From: Prevotella sp.
GTDB taxonomy: Bacteria; Bacteroidota; Bacteroidia; Bacteroidales; Dysgonomonadaceae
Direction: 5' to 3'
Assembly: GCA_031285625.1 (NCBI GenBank)
Contig: JAITVV010000095.1
Span: 259,282 to 323,281, forward strand
DNA length: 64,000 nucleotides
The position numbers and the translations under genes were made by a program. Of this stretch, positions 30,366 to 40,375 are shown piece after piece; the first letter of the stretch is position 1, and every line of letters begins with the position of its first letter. The notes below the pieces were generated by a model that ran no database searches, was not told where the DNA came from, and saw only the letters and a list, made by a program, of their open reading frames with translations.

Positions 30366-31949
30366 TTATAAAGGGAATGCCATAATACTTAATTGCTCGG
30401 GATAACGCCATTCGTTTTTGTAAAAATAGGAGTTGGAGGTCATAAAAGTCATTATTAATTTATCTTTTGTTCCGGAAAGATAAAGGTCGGTTACAGTTCC
30501 TGTGTATAAAGGTGTTTCGTATTGATGTGACAAATTTCCCTCCTTATTGAACCTGAACAGTAAAACCTTCGACTGGTAAGCATCTTTTCTGTAATCCTCT
30601 TCCGAGCTTACTTTGTGGCGCCAGCTGAACGCCATAACAAAGCCTCCGTCGGGTGTTTCGCACACCATCTTCGGAGAATAGTCTTTTCCAAGCAAGAACG
30701 TTCTTTTCAGTATAAGAGTGCTGTCTGCCTGGTTCATTTTCTTTAAAGTTACATCCAATACAGAATTATTTTCTGTCCCGTCCGACTCGTATGACTTATC
30801 TTCAATGTAACTCAGTGAGTAATATGTTTTTCGGGAGTAATCTCCTGAATGAAAGAACTTTTCAGTTTTTTCATCTGTACTTCTGATTAGTGTAGTTTCC
30901 TCAGCAACTTCTACCTGCTCCTCATCTTCATCATTTTCCTCTATCTCTACGTCGCCGGCCTCTTCATCCTCGCCATCATCTGTATAGTCTGGTGCTGAAG
31001 GACCTCTGTAATAGGAGTAATAAGGTTCTTCATCCGATTGATCTTTCAGGAAATTCAGATTTTTATCTACCACAAACTGCATACGGGTATGATAATAATA
31101 TCCATCTGCGGCATCATGCTTTTCCCCTTTCAATGTAATATTATTGTCCTTATCTATTTCTATACTTTCAATATAGGTGTCTTTATATCTATCCTGACTA
31201 TATACTTTACTATCCTGCACTTTGAGGTCGTCGCTCAGGGTAACAACAAATGGAATTCCCCACCACTCACCATTAATAATACCAACATCGCCATACAGGA
31301 ATATCCGGCCATCATACCTGCGAAGCTTTATTCCTACAAATCTGGAGATCTGATCTTTGATTACAAAATCTTTCAGCAGATGTTTTAATGAAATACTGCG
31401 GGTCTGATAATTTCCTATATCGTTCCCAAAAACCAATTTGTCTATCGAATAACGGTCTAGTGACGATACTGCTATTTCGGGATCTTTATTCCTTTCGGGA
31501 GCATAAACTCCTTTCTTGCTGTTTATCCCCAGGATGTAATATACAGGAAAACCGGACTTTTGCGGGATAAGGAATGAATCATAAAACTGGTATTTTACAT
31601 CGTTAGGTTCCTTTATCCGGGCTTCTCCCAATGTTATCCCCTGTATATCGAGCCCTAATACATAAAAATACTGAAAGTGATACTTCTCTTTCACTTCAGC
31701 CATTACAAAGGGATTACCTTCTTCTGTACAGAGGGCATGCATAATTGTAGTCTCTGTCATAGAGCGGTTATCTTCCCACAGGGCTGACAGGGAAACACCA
31801 TCTGTGTATTGTATCACTGCTGCCTGGTGGAAGGCCGTATCGTATGCAATAGTATCTTTGGGAGTATTCGTTTGCGAACTTGCATTCTTTTTGCAAGATG
31901 TGCTAAAGGCAATTGAAAGACACAGGATTATTGTGCCAAGTGGTTTCAT
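30366..31949 (-). CDS. Hypothetical lipoprotein
   Basis: Lipobox STSC; acidic linker. Confidence 0.7.
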   Translation of the reverse strand: MKPLGTIILCLSIAFSTSCKKNASSQTNTPKDTIAYDTAFHQAAVIQYTDGVSLSALWEDNRSMTETTIMHALCTEEGNPFVMAEVKEKYHFQYFYVLGLDIQGITLGEARIKEPNDVKYQFYDSFLIPQKSGFPVYYILGINSKKGVYAPERNKDPEIAVSSLDRYSIDKLVFGNDIGNYQTRSISLKHLLKDFVIKDQISRFVGIKLRRYDGRIFLYGDVGIINGEWWGIPFVVTLSDDLKVQDSKVYSQDRYKDTYIESIEIDKDNNITLKGEKHDAADGYYYHTRMQFVVDKNLNFLKDQSDEEPYYSYYRGPSAPDYTDDGEDEEAGDVEIEENDEDEEQVEVAEETTLIRSTDEKTEKFFHSGDYSRKTYYSLSYIEDKSYESDGTENNSVLDVTLKKMNQADSTLILKRTFLLGKDYSPKMVCETPDGGFVMAFSWRHKVSSEEDYRKDAYQSKVLLFRFNKEGNLSHQYETPLYTGTVTDLYLSGTKDKLIMTFMTSNSYFYKNEWRYPEQLSIMAFPL

Positions 31950-31975
31950 ATGTAGTTTGGTTTGAGGTAAAAAGA

Positions 31976-32129
31976 AGAGGCTGTCTTAAAAGTAAACTCT
32001 CACTTAGTAAAGTGTTACTCTCTTTGTCATTCTGAATGTAATGAAGAATCTCGACTCTATAGGTACGAGATGTTTCACTCCGTTCAACATGACAAAGAGG
32101 GTAGAGAAAATACTTTTCAGACAGCCTCT
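31976..32129. repeat. REP-like element nested in an AGAGGCTGTC/GACAGCCTCT inverted repeat
   Basis: Core 32025-32094; outer 10-bp inverted repeat at 31976-31985 and 32120-32129. Confidence 0.8.
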
Positions 32130-32144
32130 CTATATTTCAGTTAT

Positions 32145-34298
32145 TTACTTCACAAAACCTCTGTTCTTCAACAGATAGATAGGATTAGGTTCTGCTCCTC
32201 TAAAGTTTTTATATAGCGTCATCGGTTCGTCCGATCCTCCTTTAGACAATACATTTTCGCGGAAAGACTTAGCTGTCGCCTGATCGAAAATATTGCCTTT
32301 TTCTACAAAAGCCTGGAATGCGTCAGAATCAAGTACTTCCGACCACAGGTAGCTGTAATATCCCGACGAGTATCCACCGCTGAATACATGTTGGAAATAT
32401 GTACTTCTGTATCTAGGGATGATTTCGGAGATCAAGCCGATTTCTTTCATTGCATCCGCTTCAAATTTGTCTACATCCAGTTTTTCAAGTCCTTCGCCTT
32501 GTTTAGGATCAAAGTTTGGAGAAGCATTTGTTAATGTATACCATTTCATATCCAGAATAGCAGCAGCTACCAGTTCGGTAGTTCTGAATCCCTGATTGAA
32601 GTATCCTGCATTTTGTATTTTCTGGATCAGTTCGTTAGGGATAACCGCGCCAGTCTCATAATGTTTTGCATACATTTTCAGCACTTCCGGTTCGAAAGCC
32701 CAGTGCTCCATTACCTGAGACGGAAGTTCTACAAAGTCGCGGACAACAGCCGTACCCGATACTCCGTTGTAAGTACATTTAGATAGTAAGCCATGCAATC
32801 CGTGTCCGAATTCGTGAAACATTGTTTCTACCTGATCAAGTGTAAGAAGCGCAGGTTTGCCATCTGTAGGAGGATTGTAGTTTCCTACGTTATAGATCAG
32901 CGGGTGAACAAAGTCGCCTTTGAATACTTCCTGTTTGCGGAAGCTGCTCATCCATGCTCCCGGGCGTTTACCCTGACGTGCAAAGTCGTCAAAGTAGATG
33001 ATACCGATCAGCGAACCGTCTGCATCACTTACCTCGTATGCTTTTACATCTTCCTGATATACAGGAACGTCAGTTTTTTGCTTAAATGTAATGCCATATA
33101 GCTTGTTGGCCACTGCAAATACACCTTCGCGTACATTGTCTGCTTTGAAGTATGGTTTCAACGCGTCTTCATCCAACGCATATTTTTCTTTGCGGAGTTT
33201 TTCTGCATAGTATGCCCAGTCCCATGATTCGATCTTGATATCATGTCCTTCTTTCTTAGCAATAGCCTGTAGCTCTGCAGATTCTTTTTTAGCCTGAGGC
33301 AAAGCATATTTCCATATATTGTTGAGCAGTCCCATCACATTATCAGGGGTCTTAGCCATTGTTTCTTCAAGCACATAGTCGGCGTGGCTGTTGTAGCCAA
33401 GTATATTTGCTTTTTCGAGTCTCAGTCCAACTATTTTCTTAATGTTCTCTTTGTTGTCAAACTCATTGCCATTATCACCGCGCATATACATGGCTTTGTA
33501 TAGCTTTTCGCGCAGGTCGCGATTGTCGGCATATTGAAGGAATGGCTCCCAGCTTGGCTTGCTCAACCCAAACATCCATTTACCTTCCTGTCCTTTGTCC
33601 TTAGCCATTTTAGCAGCTGCAGCAATTACATCATCAGGCAGACCGGAAAGGTCTTCTTTCTTGTCTATTACCAGTTGGTAATTGTCTGTTTCTTTCAGCA
33701 GATTCTGATTGAAATTAAGGGAAGCACTACTTAGCTCCTTGTTTATTTCGCGAAGGCGTGTTTGTTTTGAACCATCCAGTAAAATACCCGAGCGTACAAA
33801 TCCTTTGTAGGTTTTTTTCAACAACATTTTTTGCTCGGTAGTCAGGCTGTTTGTTTTTACAGTATCGTCATGAACAGCCTTGATGCGGGCAAAAAGCGCT
33901 TCATTAAAGTTAATATTGTCATAATGTTCGGTACGCTTAGGAGTAATCTCTTTTTCGATACTCTGAAAAACTGAATCGGACATTGTACCTGTCATTACTG
34001 AAAATACTGCGCTTACCCTGTCGAGCATGCGTCCCGATTCGTCCAGTGCTACCACTGTGTTTTCGAATGTAGCCGGTTCTGCGTTGTTCACAATAGAGTC
34101 TATCTCTGCATTGTGACGTTTCATACCTTCCTCAAAAGCGGGCAGGAAATGCTCTGCTTTTATCTTGTCGAATGGAGGCACCCCTTCCGGTGTGTTAAAT
34201 TCAGAAAAGAAAGGGTTGTCTTTCGTCTCCTTATTGCTTGTAGTATTACAAGAATAAACCATAATTAATAAACTAAGAATAAATAAGATCTTCTTCAT
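32145..34298 (-). CDS. dcp: Peptidyl-dipeptidase Dcp (M3 metallopeptidase), lipoprotein
   Basis: FHEFGHGLH, DFVELPSQ, GYYSYLW, KRPGAWMS motifs. Confidence 0.93.
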   Translation of the reverse strand: MKKILFILSLLIMVYSCNTTSNKETKDNPFFSEFNTPEGVPPFDKIKAEHFLPAFEEGMKRHNAEIDSIVNNAEPATFENTVVALDESGRMLDRVSAVFSVMTGTMSDSVFQSIEKEITPKRTEHYDNINFNEALFARIKAVHDDTVKTNSLTTEQKMLLKKTYKGFVRSGILLDGSKQTRLREINKELSSASLNFNQNLLKETDNYQLVIDKKEDLSGLPDDVIAAAAKMAKDKGQEGKWMFGLSKPSWEPFLQYADNRDLREKLYKAMYMRGDNGNEFDNKENIKKIVGLRLEKANILGYNSHADYVLEETMAKTPDNVMGLLNNIWKYALPQAKKESAELQAIAKKEGHDIKIESWDWAYYAEKLRKEKYALDEDALKPYFKADNVREGVFAVANKLYGITFKQKTDVPVYQEDVKAYEVSDADGSLIGIIYFDDFARQGKRPGAWMSSFRKQEVFKGDFVHPLIYNVGNYNPPTDGKPALLTLDQVETMFHEFGHGLHGLLSKCTYNGVSGTAVVRDFVELPSQVMEHWAFEPEVLKMYAKHYETGAVIPNELIQKIQNAGYFNQGFRTTELVAAAILDMKWYTLTNASPNFDPKQGEGLEKLDVDKFEADAMKEIGLISEIIPRYRSTYFQHVFSGGYSSGYYSYLWSEVLDSDAFQAFVEKGNIFDQATAKSFRENVLSKGGSDEPMTLYKNFRGAEPNPIYLLKNRGFVK

Positions 34299-34556
34299 AC
34301 AATGATAATTGTTTTTGATTGTGTGAATGTTTGATTTTGAGACAAAAGTAAATAAAAATTAATTCAGGCTGAAACTATTTGGTTGAATGAGTGATAAAAA
34401 ACCTCAGAATTAACTAAAAATCCGATTAAAATTCTTAAACTTGTAATCATTAAGGTCACAGACCTACTTATTGCTTTGGCAGGTATAAATGCAACCGACA
34501 GTTGCACCTGAAAATATTGCAATACCTTTATTTTTACTTAATTTTTCGTCAGAACA

Positions 34557-34961
34557 ATGAATATAATTCTAAAAAAACAGAACATCATATATCTCCTTAT
34601 ACTTATCGTTATAGTTTCATTTACACAATGCTCGGGAAGCGTCGAAAGCCAGTTGCAATCTGTAGCTAAAGAGACCAACAGGGATTGTCCGATTATGAGA
34701 GACCAGTGGACACGGCTGGATAGCTGCTCTGTACAGGGAGAAAATACATTCAGGTATTATTTTACTATTGTGCAGATAGTGGTTACTGATACAACCAATC
34801 TGAAATCGCAGATAAAACCGCAAATAATAGAAACAGTAAAAAACCATCCCAGTACAAGGATATTCAGAGACAACGACGTAACCCTGGTATACAAATATAA
34901 CGATGAACAAGGGAAATACCTGTTTACAATAATGGCAGCACCACAGGATTACAAAAAATAA
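34557..34961 (+). CDS. Hypothetical lipoprotein
   Basis: Lipobox FTQC; CP...D..TRLDS motif. Confidence 0.65.
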   Translation: MNIILKKQNIIYLLILIVIVSFTQCSGSVESQLQSVAKETNRDCPIMRDQWTRLDSCSVQGENTFRYYFTIVQIVVTDTTNLKSQIKPQIIETVKNHPSTRIFRDNDVTLVYKYNDEQGKYLFTIMAAPQDYKK

Positions 34962-35031
34962 GACCTCAGACCTTATTTATTTTATATCCGGAAAGTTATT
35001 ACATTGATTATTAACGTTTACTCATTATACC

Positions 35032-35478
35032 ATGATAATTGACAAATTAGATAATTCGAAAAAATACGAAGATTTGCACCCCCTGTTTAAACAAGCATTC
35101 GACTACCTGAAATCTGTTGATTTCTCGAAAGCCGAAACAGGTAAAACAGAACTGAAAGAGAAAGACCTCTTCCTGATGGTTAGCGACAGTGATCTGAAAA
35201 CAGCTGATAATGCCAAACTGGAAGTGCATAACAAATATATAGATATTCAGCTTCCGGTAAGCAAACCCGAAACATTTGGATGGACATCGCGCGCAGATTT
35301 GCAGCAGGAAACCGAACCTTTCAATGAAGAAAGGGATATCCAGTTTTTTAACGATAAGGCGGAAACATTTATTACGGTGCATCCCGGAAACTTTCTTATT
35401 TTCTTCCCCGAAGATGGTCATGCACCATGCATCGGCGAAGGACAGGTAAGAAAAGTAGTGGTAAAAATAAGAATGTAA
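35032..35478 (+). CDS. YhcH/YjgK/YiaL family protein
   Basis: LEVHNKYIDIQ, DIQFF, FFPEDGHAP motifs. Confidence 0.9.
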   Translation: MIIDKLDNSKKYEDLHPLFKQAFDYLKSVDFSKAETGKTELKEKDLFLMVSDSDLKTADNAKLEVHNKYIDIQLPVSKPETFGWTSRADLQQETEPFNEERDIQFFNDKAETFITVHPGNFLIFFPEDGHAPCIGEGQVRKVVVKIRM

Positions 35479-35483
35479 ATTAA

Positions 35484-35665
35484 TTATGAGTTATAAATTA
35501 TAAGTTATGATAAACATTTGTTGACGTATTTTTGTCATGCTGACAATAGGAAGCATCCCATTTATCAAGGACAAAACAGAAGAGATCCTTCGTCCCTCAG
35601 GTTGACAAGAATAGAATGTAATAATGTGAAATCTCTGCTTATAGCTTATAACTCATAGCTCATAA
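35484..35665. repeat. REP-like element (35533-35607) flanked by TTATGAG/CTCATAA-type heptamer arrays
   Basis: TGTCATGCTGAC..AGGAAGCATC...GAGATCCTTCG.CCCTCAGGTTGACA with inverted heptamer arrays on each side. Confidence 0.75.
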
Positions 35666-35676
35666 CTGAACAAGAT

Positions 35677-37683
35677 ATGCTTAAATTGATTAAAAACGAT
35701 CCGTGGCTAAAGCCTTATGCAGAAGCAATAGAAGGCCGTTACAACTATGTTCTCAAGAGAGAAGCTAGTTTAACAAATAACGGAAAGACATCCCTTTCCG
35801 AGTTTGCGTCGGGCCATCTTTATTATGGCTTGCACAGAACTGCCCGCACATGGGTTTTCCGCGAATGGGCCCCAAATGCCACAGCCATTTATATGGTGGG
35901 AGATTTTAACAACTGGCAAAAACAGGACGAGTACAAACTCAACCCTAAGGAAAACGGGGAGTGGGAACTGAAACTGCCTCTAAGCAAGATAAAGCACGGA
36001 GACCTCTTTAAGCTTATTGTTTGCTGGAACGAAGGAGAAGCAGAACGGGTACCGGCATGGTGCACTCGTGTGGTTCAGGACGAGCAGACTAAAATATTCA
36101 GTGCCCAGGTGTGGCATCCCGAAACACCTTATCAATTTAAGAAAAAGAATTTTAAGCCAAAAACCGACCCGCTTCTGATATACGAGTGCCATATAGGTAT
36201 GGCTGCCGAAACGGAAAAAGTTGGCACATATGAAGAATTCAGAACAAATATACTTCCCCGCATAAAAGAGGACGGCTACAATGCCATACAGATAATGGCC
36301 ATACAGGAGCACCCTTACTATGGCTCTTTCGGATATCATGTATCGAGCTTCTTTGCCGCATCTTCGCGGTTTGGCACACCGGACGAACTGAAACACCTGA
36401 TAGACGATGCACATGCTTTAGGCCTGGCGGTTATCATGGATATCGTACATTCCCATGCGGTGAAGAATGAAGTGGAAGGCCTTGGACGTTTCGATGGCTC
36501 GTACACACTCTATTTTCATGGGGGCAGCAGGCGTGAACACCCTGCATGGGATTCGTTGAACTTCAACTATGGAAAAGATGAAGTGGTGCATTTCCTTTTG
36601 TCCAACTGTAAATTCTGGCTTGAAGAATATAAATTTGACGGCTTCCGTTTCGATGGTGTAACCTCCATGCTTTATTACAGCCATGGACTGGGAGATAACT
36701 TTTCGGGCTATCCCGATTATTACAATGGCAATGAAGATGAAGATGCTATCTGTTACCTTACATTAGCAAATAAGCTGATACATGAAGTGAACCCGCATGC
36801 CATTACAATTGCCGAAGAGGTGAGCGGTATGCCCGGGCTGGCTGCTAAAATAAACGATGGCGGATACGGATTCGATTACCGTATGGCGATGAATATACCC
36901 GACTACTGGATCAAGATAATCAAGGAACGCAAAGATGAGGACTGGCATCCTACAGGTATATTCTGGGAACTGACCAACAGAAGAAGCGACGAGAAAACAA
37001 TATCGTATGCCGAGAGCCATGATCAGGCTCTGGTAGGCGATAAAACAATCATTTTCCGGCTGATAGATGCCGATATGTACTGGTACATGTCGAAACATTA
37101 CGGCAGTTCGTATGCTACCGACAGAGGTATTGCCTTGCACAAGATGATACGTCTGATTACTGCCACTACTATAAACGGTGGTTACCTCAACTTTATGGGA
37201 AATGAATTCGGGCATCCCGAATGGATCGACTTTCCGCGCGAGGGTAACGGATGGTCATACAAATATGCACGAAGGCAATGGTGGCTGGCTGATAACAAAG
37301 ACCTGAAATATCATTATCTGGGCGACTTTGACAAGGCCATGTTAAACCTGATTTCTTCGGTAAAGAAATTTGAGAAATTACCGATTGTAAAATTATGGGA
37401 CAAAGACGAAGACCAGGTGCTGGCATATATGCGCGGAGACCTTATTTTTGTATTCAACTTTAATCCTCACCAGTCATTTACCGACTATGGCTTCCTTGCC
37501 CCTGAGGGTAAATACCAGGTAGTGCTGGATACAGATACCCAGGCATACGGTGGCAATGGGTTAACGGATGATACGGTGGAACATTTTACTATCTATGATG
37601 AACTATACCATAAAGACGGTAAAGGCTGGCTGAGGCTATATATTCCTGCTCGCACTGCTTTTGTGTTGAAAAATATGGATTAA
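35677..37683 (+). CDS. glgB: 1,4-alpha-glucan branching enzyme (GH13)
   Basis: FREWAPNA, IYECHIGM, FDGFRFDGVTSM, AEEVSG, ESHDQ, FMGNEFGHPEW motifs. Confidence 0.95.
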   Translation: MLKLIKNDPWLKPYAEAIEGRYNYVLKREASLTNNGKTSLSEFASGHLYYGLHRTARTWVFREWAPNATAIYMVGDFNNWQKQDEYKLNPKENGEWELKLPLSKIKHGDLFKLIVCWNEGEAERVPAWCTRVVQDEQTKIFSAQVWHPETPYQFKKKNFKPKTDPLLIYECHIGMAAETEKVGTYEEFRTNILPRIKEDGYNAIQIMAIQEHPYYGSFGYHVSSFFAASSRFGTPDELKHLIDDAHALGLAVIMDIVHSHAVKNEVEGLGRFDGSYTLYFHGGSRREHPAWDSLNFNYGKDEVVHFLLSNCKFWLEEYKFDGFRFDGVTSMLYYSHGLGDNFSGYPDYYNGNEDEDAICYLTLANKLIHEVNPHAITIAEEVSGMPGLAAKINDGGYGFDYRMAMNIPDYWIKIIKERKDEDWHPTGIFWELTNRRSDEKTISYAESHDQALVGDKTIIFRLIDADMYWYMSKHYGSSYATDRGIALHKMIRLITATTINGGYLNFMGNEFGHPEWIDFPREGNGWSYKYARRQWWLADNKDLKYHYLGDFDKAMLNLISSVKKFEKLPIVKLWDKDEDQVLAYMRGDLIFVFNFNPHQSFTDYGFLAPEGKYQVVLDTDTQAYGGNGLTDDTVEHFTIYDELYHKDGKGWLRLYIPARTAFVLKNMD

Positions 37684-37699
37684 CAGATTTAACTAATAT

Positions 37700-37735
37700 A
37701 AAAAACGCCTTACTATTTAAGCAAGGCGTTTTTTT
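37700..37735. terminator. Bidirectional terminator between glgB and the lysis cassette
   Basis: AAAAAACGCCTT...AAGGCGTTTTTT. Confidence 0.8.
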
Positions 37736-37742
37736 ATGATCT

Positions 37743-38168
37743 CTATTTTCTTATCCACTTAAAGCACAGATAACCAATAATAAAAAGCAACAATATCCGT
37801 CCACACCATATCTGAAACGACTGAAATGACGAAAGCCTGTTTACTTCCTGATACTCAACCACCGGATAAGGTACGGATATACTATCTACTTTGAATATAG
37901 AATCCCTTACCAGCTTGTCGCGATACAAATACCTGAATTTTTCGAGCCATACGGTATCACCTTTCATCTTTATCAATACAGAATCGTACAGATGAACAGA
38001 ATCGCGCAATACTTTGTCACGGTATTCTACTTTTACGGTTTCTACAGGAACATATACAGTATTAGTTTTGCAACTGCCAAACAGACATAGCAGAAGTATG
38101 GGGATGAAGATGTTGCGGAGTGAAATTATAAAAGAAATGCTTTTATCGTTTGTAATTATCTCTAACAT
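37743..38168 (-). CDS. Putative unimolecular spanin (lysis lipoprotein)
   Basis: Lipobox LFGSC, beta-rich RDS-repeat periplasmic part, C-terminal TM; follows the endolysin. Confidence 0.65.
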   Translation of the reverse strand: MLEIITNDKSISFIISLRNIFIPILLLCLFGSCKTNTVYVPVETVKVEYRDKVLRDSVHLYDSVLIKMKGDTVWLEKFRYLYRDKLVRDSIFKVDSISVPYPVVEYQEVNRLSSFQSFQIWCGRILLLFIIGYLCFKWIRK

Positions 38169-38204
38169 AATCTTTTGTTTTTAATTTTATTATTGTATTT
38201 ATAC

Positions 38205-38288
38205 TGTCATTCTTCGTTTCACTCACAATCTCTTTCCTCTTTCCATGACAAAATGAGCCGGGATGCTTCTTCCTACGTCAGCATGACA
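38205..38288. repeat. REP-like palindromic element
   Basis: TGTCATT...GGATGCTTC.TCCTACGTCAGCATGACA between endolysin and spanin. Confidence 0.75.
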
Positions 38289-38312
38289 AAATTTCTCAAA
38301 AATGAGTAAAAC

Positions 38313-38834
38313 TCATTCTGTGAACTTAAAATCGTTAATACGGTTTATCCATCCCTTACGGAATTTCCTGTTAGCTGGTCGCGAGTGAACGATTCTCTCT
38401 ATAAAGTCGAACCTTTCCTGCTTTATCTTACGGAATAGTTCTTTCTGATCGGGATAAGTGTTCACCGCCGCAAGTGTTCTGGATCCTACCACTCCGTCTG
38501 TTGCTACCTTCAGTATCTTTTGTGGCAGCTTAATTCCATAACCTCCCGATGCCCATACCCAGTCGACCAGGATATTAGCAACCGGCTGACTGTTTATATT
38601 ATCTGCCAGCCACTTATCCCAATACAGTGTTTTGAGTACATCGAGCCATTCGGCATCTGAGATATTCTTCAGGTCGCTGATGGTAGTCACCCGATACCCG
38701 TTCCGGCGGCGATAAAGGCTATAGGTACCTATGGTAATCCCTTTGTTGGTAGCTCCGCCCAGATCGGAAGGATCATTAACATAACCTCCTTCCCACTTCA
38801 GTATGATCGGAACAAGTTTATTTATATCAGCCAT
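38313..38834 (-). CDS. Endolysin, glycoside hydrolase family 108 with PG-binding domain
   Basis: EGGYVNDPSDLGGATNKGIT catalytic motif; DGVVGSRT; FRKGWINR. Confidence 0.92.
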   Translation of the reverse strand: MADINKLVPIILKWEGGYVNDPSDLGGATNKGITIGTYSLYRRRNGYRVTTISDLKNISDAEWLDVLKTLYWDKWLADNINSQPVANILVDWVWASGGYGIKLPQKILKVATDGVVGSRTLAAVNTYPDQKELFRKIKQERFDFIERIVHSRPANRKFRKGWINRINDFKFTE

Positions 38835-39321
38835 TGTCTTTATCCTTTCTGAAATAATCTCCCAAATGTTTTATCTTTTCTACAAACTTGACCGATAATA
38901 CCCAATACAGAAATGATACGACTTCGTTTTTAGGTTGTATTACTTTCCAGTTGCGAAGGATATTGGTCCCGTAGAAATAGATAACCACCCATGTGATCCA
39001 GGAGGTAAAATCTACTACCGAGCTGTCTTCCAGATGCATCTTTTTTCCTATAGCAAACGAAAGAAACAGCAAGAGCATAAATCCCACTACATACCACACC
39101 GACTGGAAAGCTTTTTTGAGACTGAAATCGACCCCTCTGGATATATCGGAAAGCAGACCATATAAAAAATTGAGAATGAACAGGATAAAAACAACAAGCA
39201 GAAAATCGTGTATCGGCTGAAAAAAATTTGTCAGCAGGGTTACAAGAAATACCCATACCCCTTTGAGCAGACTGATACAGAGATCCTGCAGTCTTTCGAA
39301 AATATTTATAATGCGTTGCAT
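38827..39321 (-). CDS. Putative holin
   Basis: Multi-TM protein overlapping the endolysin start; F..KKAF, YFYGTNILRN motifs; start set at MQRIIN. Confidence 0.7.
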   Translation of the reverse strand: MQRIINIFERLQDLCISLLKGVWVFLVTLLTNFFQPIHDFLLVVFILFILNFLYGLLSDISRGVDFSLKKAFQSVWYVVGFMLLLFLSFAIGKKMHLEDSSVVDFTSWITWVVIYFYGTNILRNWKVIQPKNEVVSFLYWVLSVKFVEKIKHLGDYFRKDKDNG

Positions 39322-39379
39322 AGTGATATAGTTATATATGATTGTATTATCTTTACATTTTAAAAAATTATTAAAATCC

Positions 39380-40093
39380 ATGAAGAGGACTTTGCTTTTG
39401 CTTATCATTGCTATCTGTCTTTACAGTTGTAACAAGAATGAATCACCCAACCTGATAGTTAAGAAATGGGTTGCAGTGGGAAACTCTATAACTTGGCATC
39501 CAATCAATAATAATTGGGCTGGAGAGTGGGGAATGGCTGCAACCTCTATAGAAAATGACTATGTTCATATCCTCAATCAAAATTTTAAAAACAATTTTGA
39601 TAGTGTGAGTTTCAAAATAGATTGGGCTGTAGATTGGGAAACCAATCATCCAAACTACGATTTGTCTTATTTTGACAAGTTCTTTGATGGAGATGAGGAC
39701 TTAGTCGTAATTAGGCTCGGGGAAAATGTGAAAGACACAACTAACTTTGAGGCTGATTTTAGACACCTTATCCAACATTTAAAACATCTATCTCCTAATG
39801 CTAAATTCGTTATTACAGGAATATTTATGTCTGACAGTAACGATTTAAAATACAAGGAAACTATACAGAAAAAGATTGCTAAATCAGAAAACTGTATATG
39901 GGTTCCAATTAATCAACTAGACACTAAGGAAAATAGGAACTTTATAGGTAATACCGTCAATGGACGTACCATAGAAAACCAAGCAGTTGCTGATCATCCG
40001 GGAGACAAGGGTATGGAAGCCATTGCAGAAGTTATATTTGAATCGCTACAAAAAAAAGGTAAATCAATTCTTACTCTGTCTGCCATTCGTTGA
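39380..40093 (+). CDS. SGNH/GDSL hydrolase lipoprotein
   Basis: Lipobox LYSC; GNSITWH, LGEN, DHPGDKG motifs. Confidence 0.85.
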   Translation: MKRTLLLLIIAICLYSCNKNESPNLIVKKWVAVGNSITWHPINNNWAGEWGMAATSIENDYVHILNQNFKNNFDSVSFKIDWAVDWETNHPNYDLSYFDKFFDGDEDLVVIRLGENVKDTTNFEADFRHLIQHLKHLSPNAKFVITGIFMSDSNDLKYKETIQKKIAKSENCIWVPINQLDTKENRNFIGNTVNGRTIENQAVADHPGDKGMEAIAEVIFESLQKKGKSILTLSAIR

Positions 40094-40180
40094 AAACCGA
40101 TGTGATATATTTAGATGCATATTTACATGTATTTTGAAAATTATTTATATCTTCACCAAGCAATTCTTATTCAATATTTA

Positions 40181-40375
40181 ATGAAATATTTTGTCGATGT
40201 TCAAGATGAAGATGCACTTATATCCAACGGGGTGTATAATGTTGTAATCTGTAAGAAATTCCTATTTTTAAACATCCGGATTCGCCATATTGGTTCTTTT
40301 AATGAAAGTAACCTTTCAGAGAAAAATGATCTAATCAACAAAGCTAACCGGTATTGTTCTATTTACAACTTATAA
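40181..40375 (+). CDS. Small hypothetical protein
   Basis: Short low-GC ORF convergent with the tail fibre gene. Confidence 0.35.
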   Translation: MKYFVDVQDEDALISNGVYNVVICKKFLFLNIRIRHIGSFNESNLSEKNDLINKANRYCSIYNL

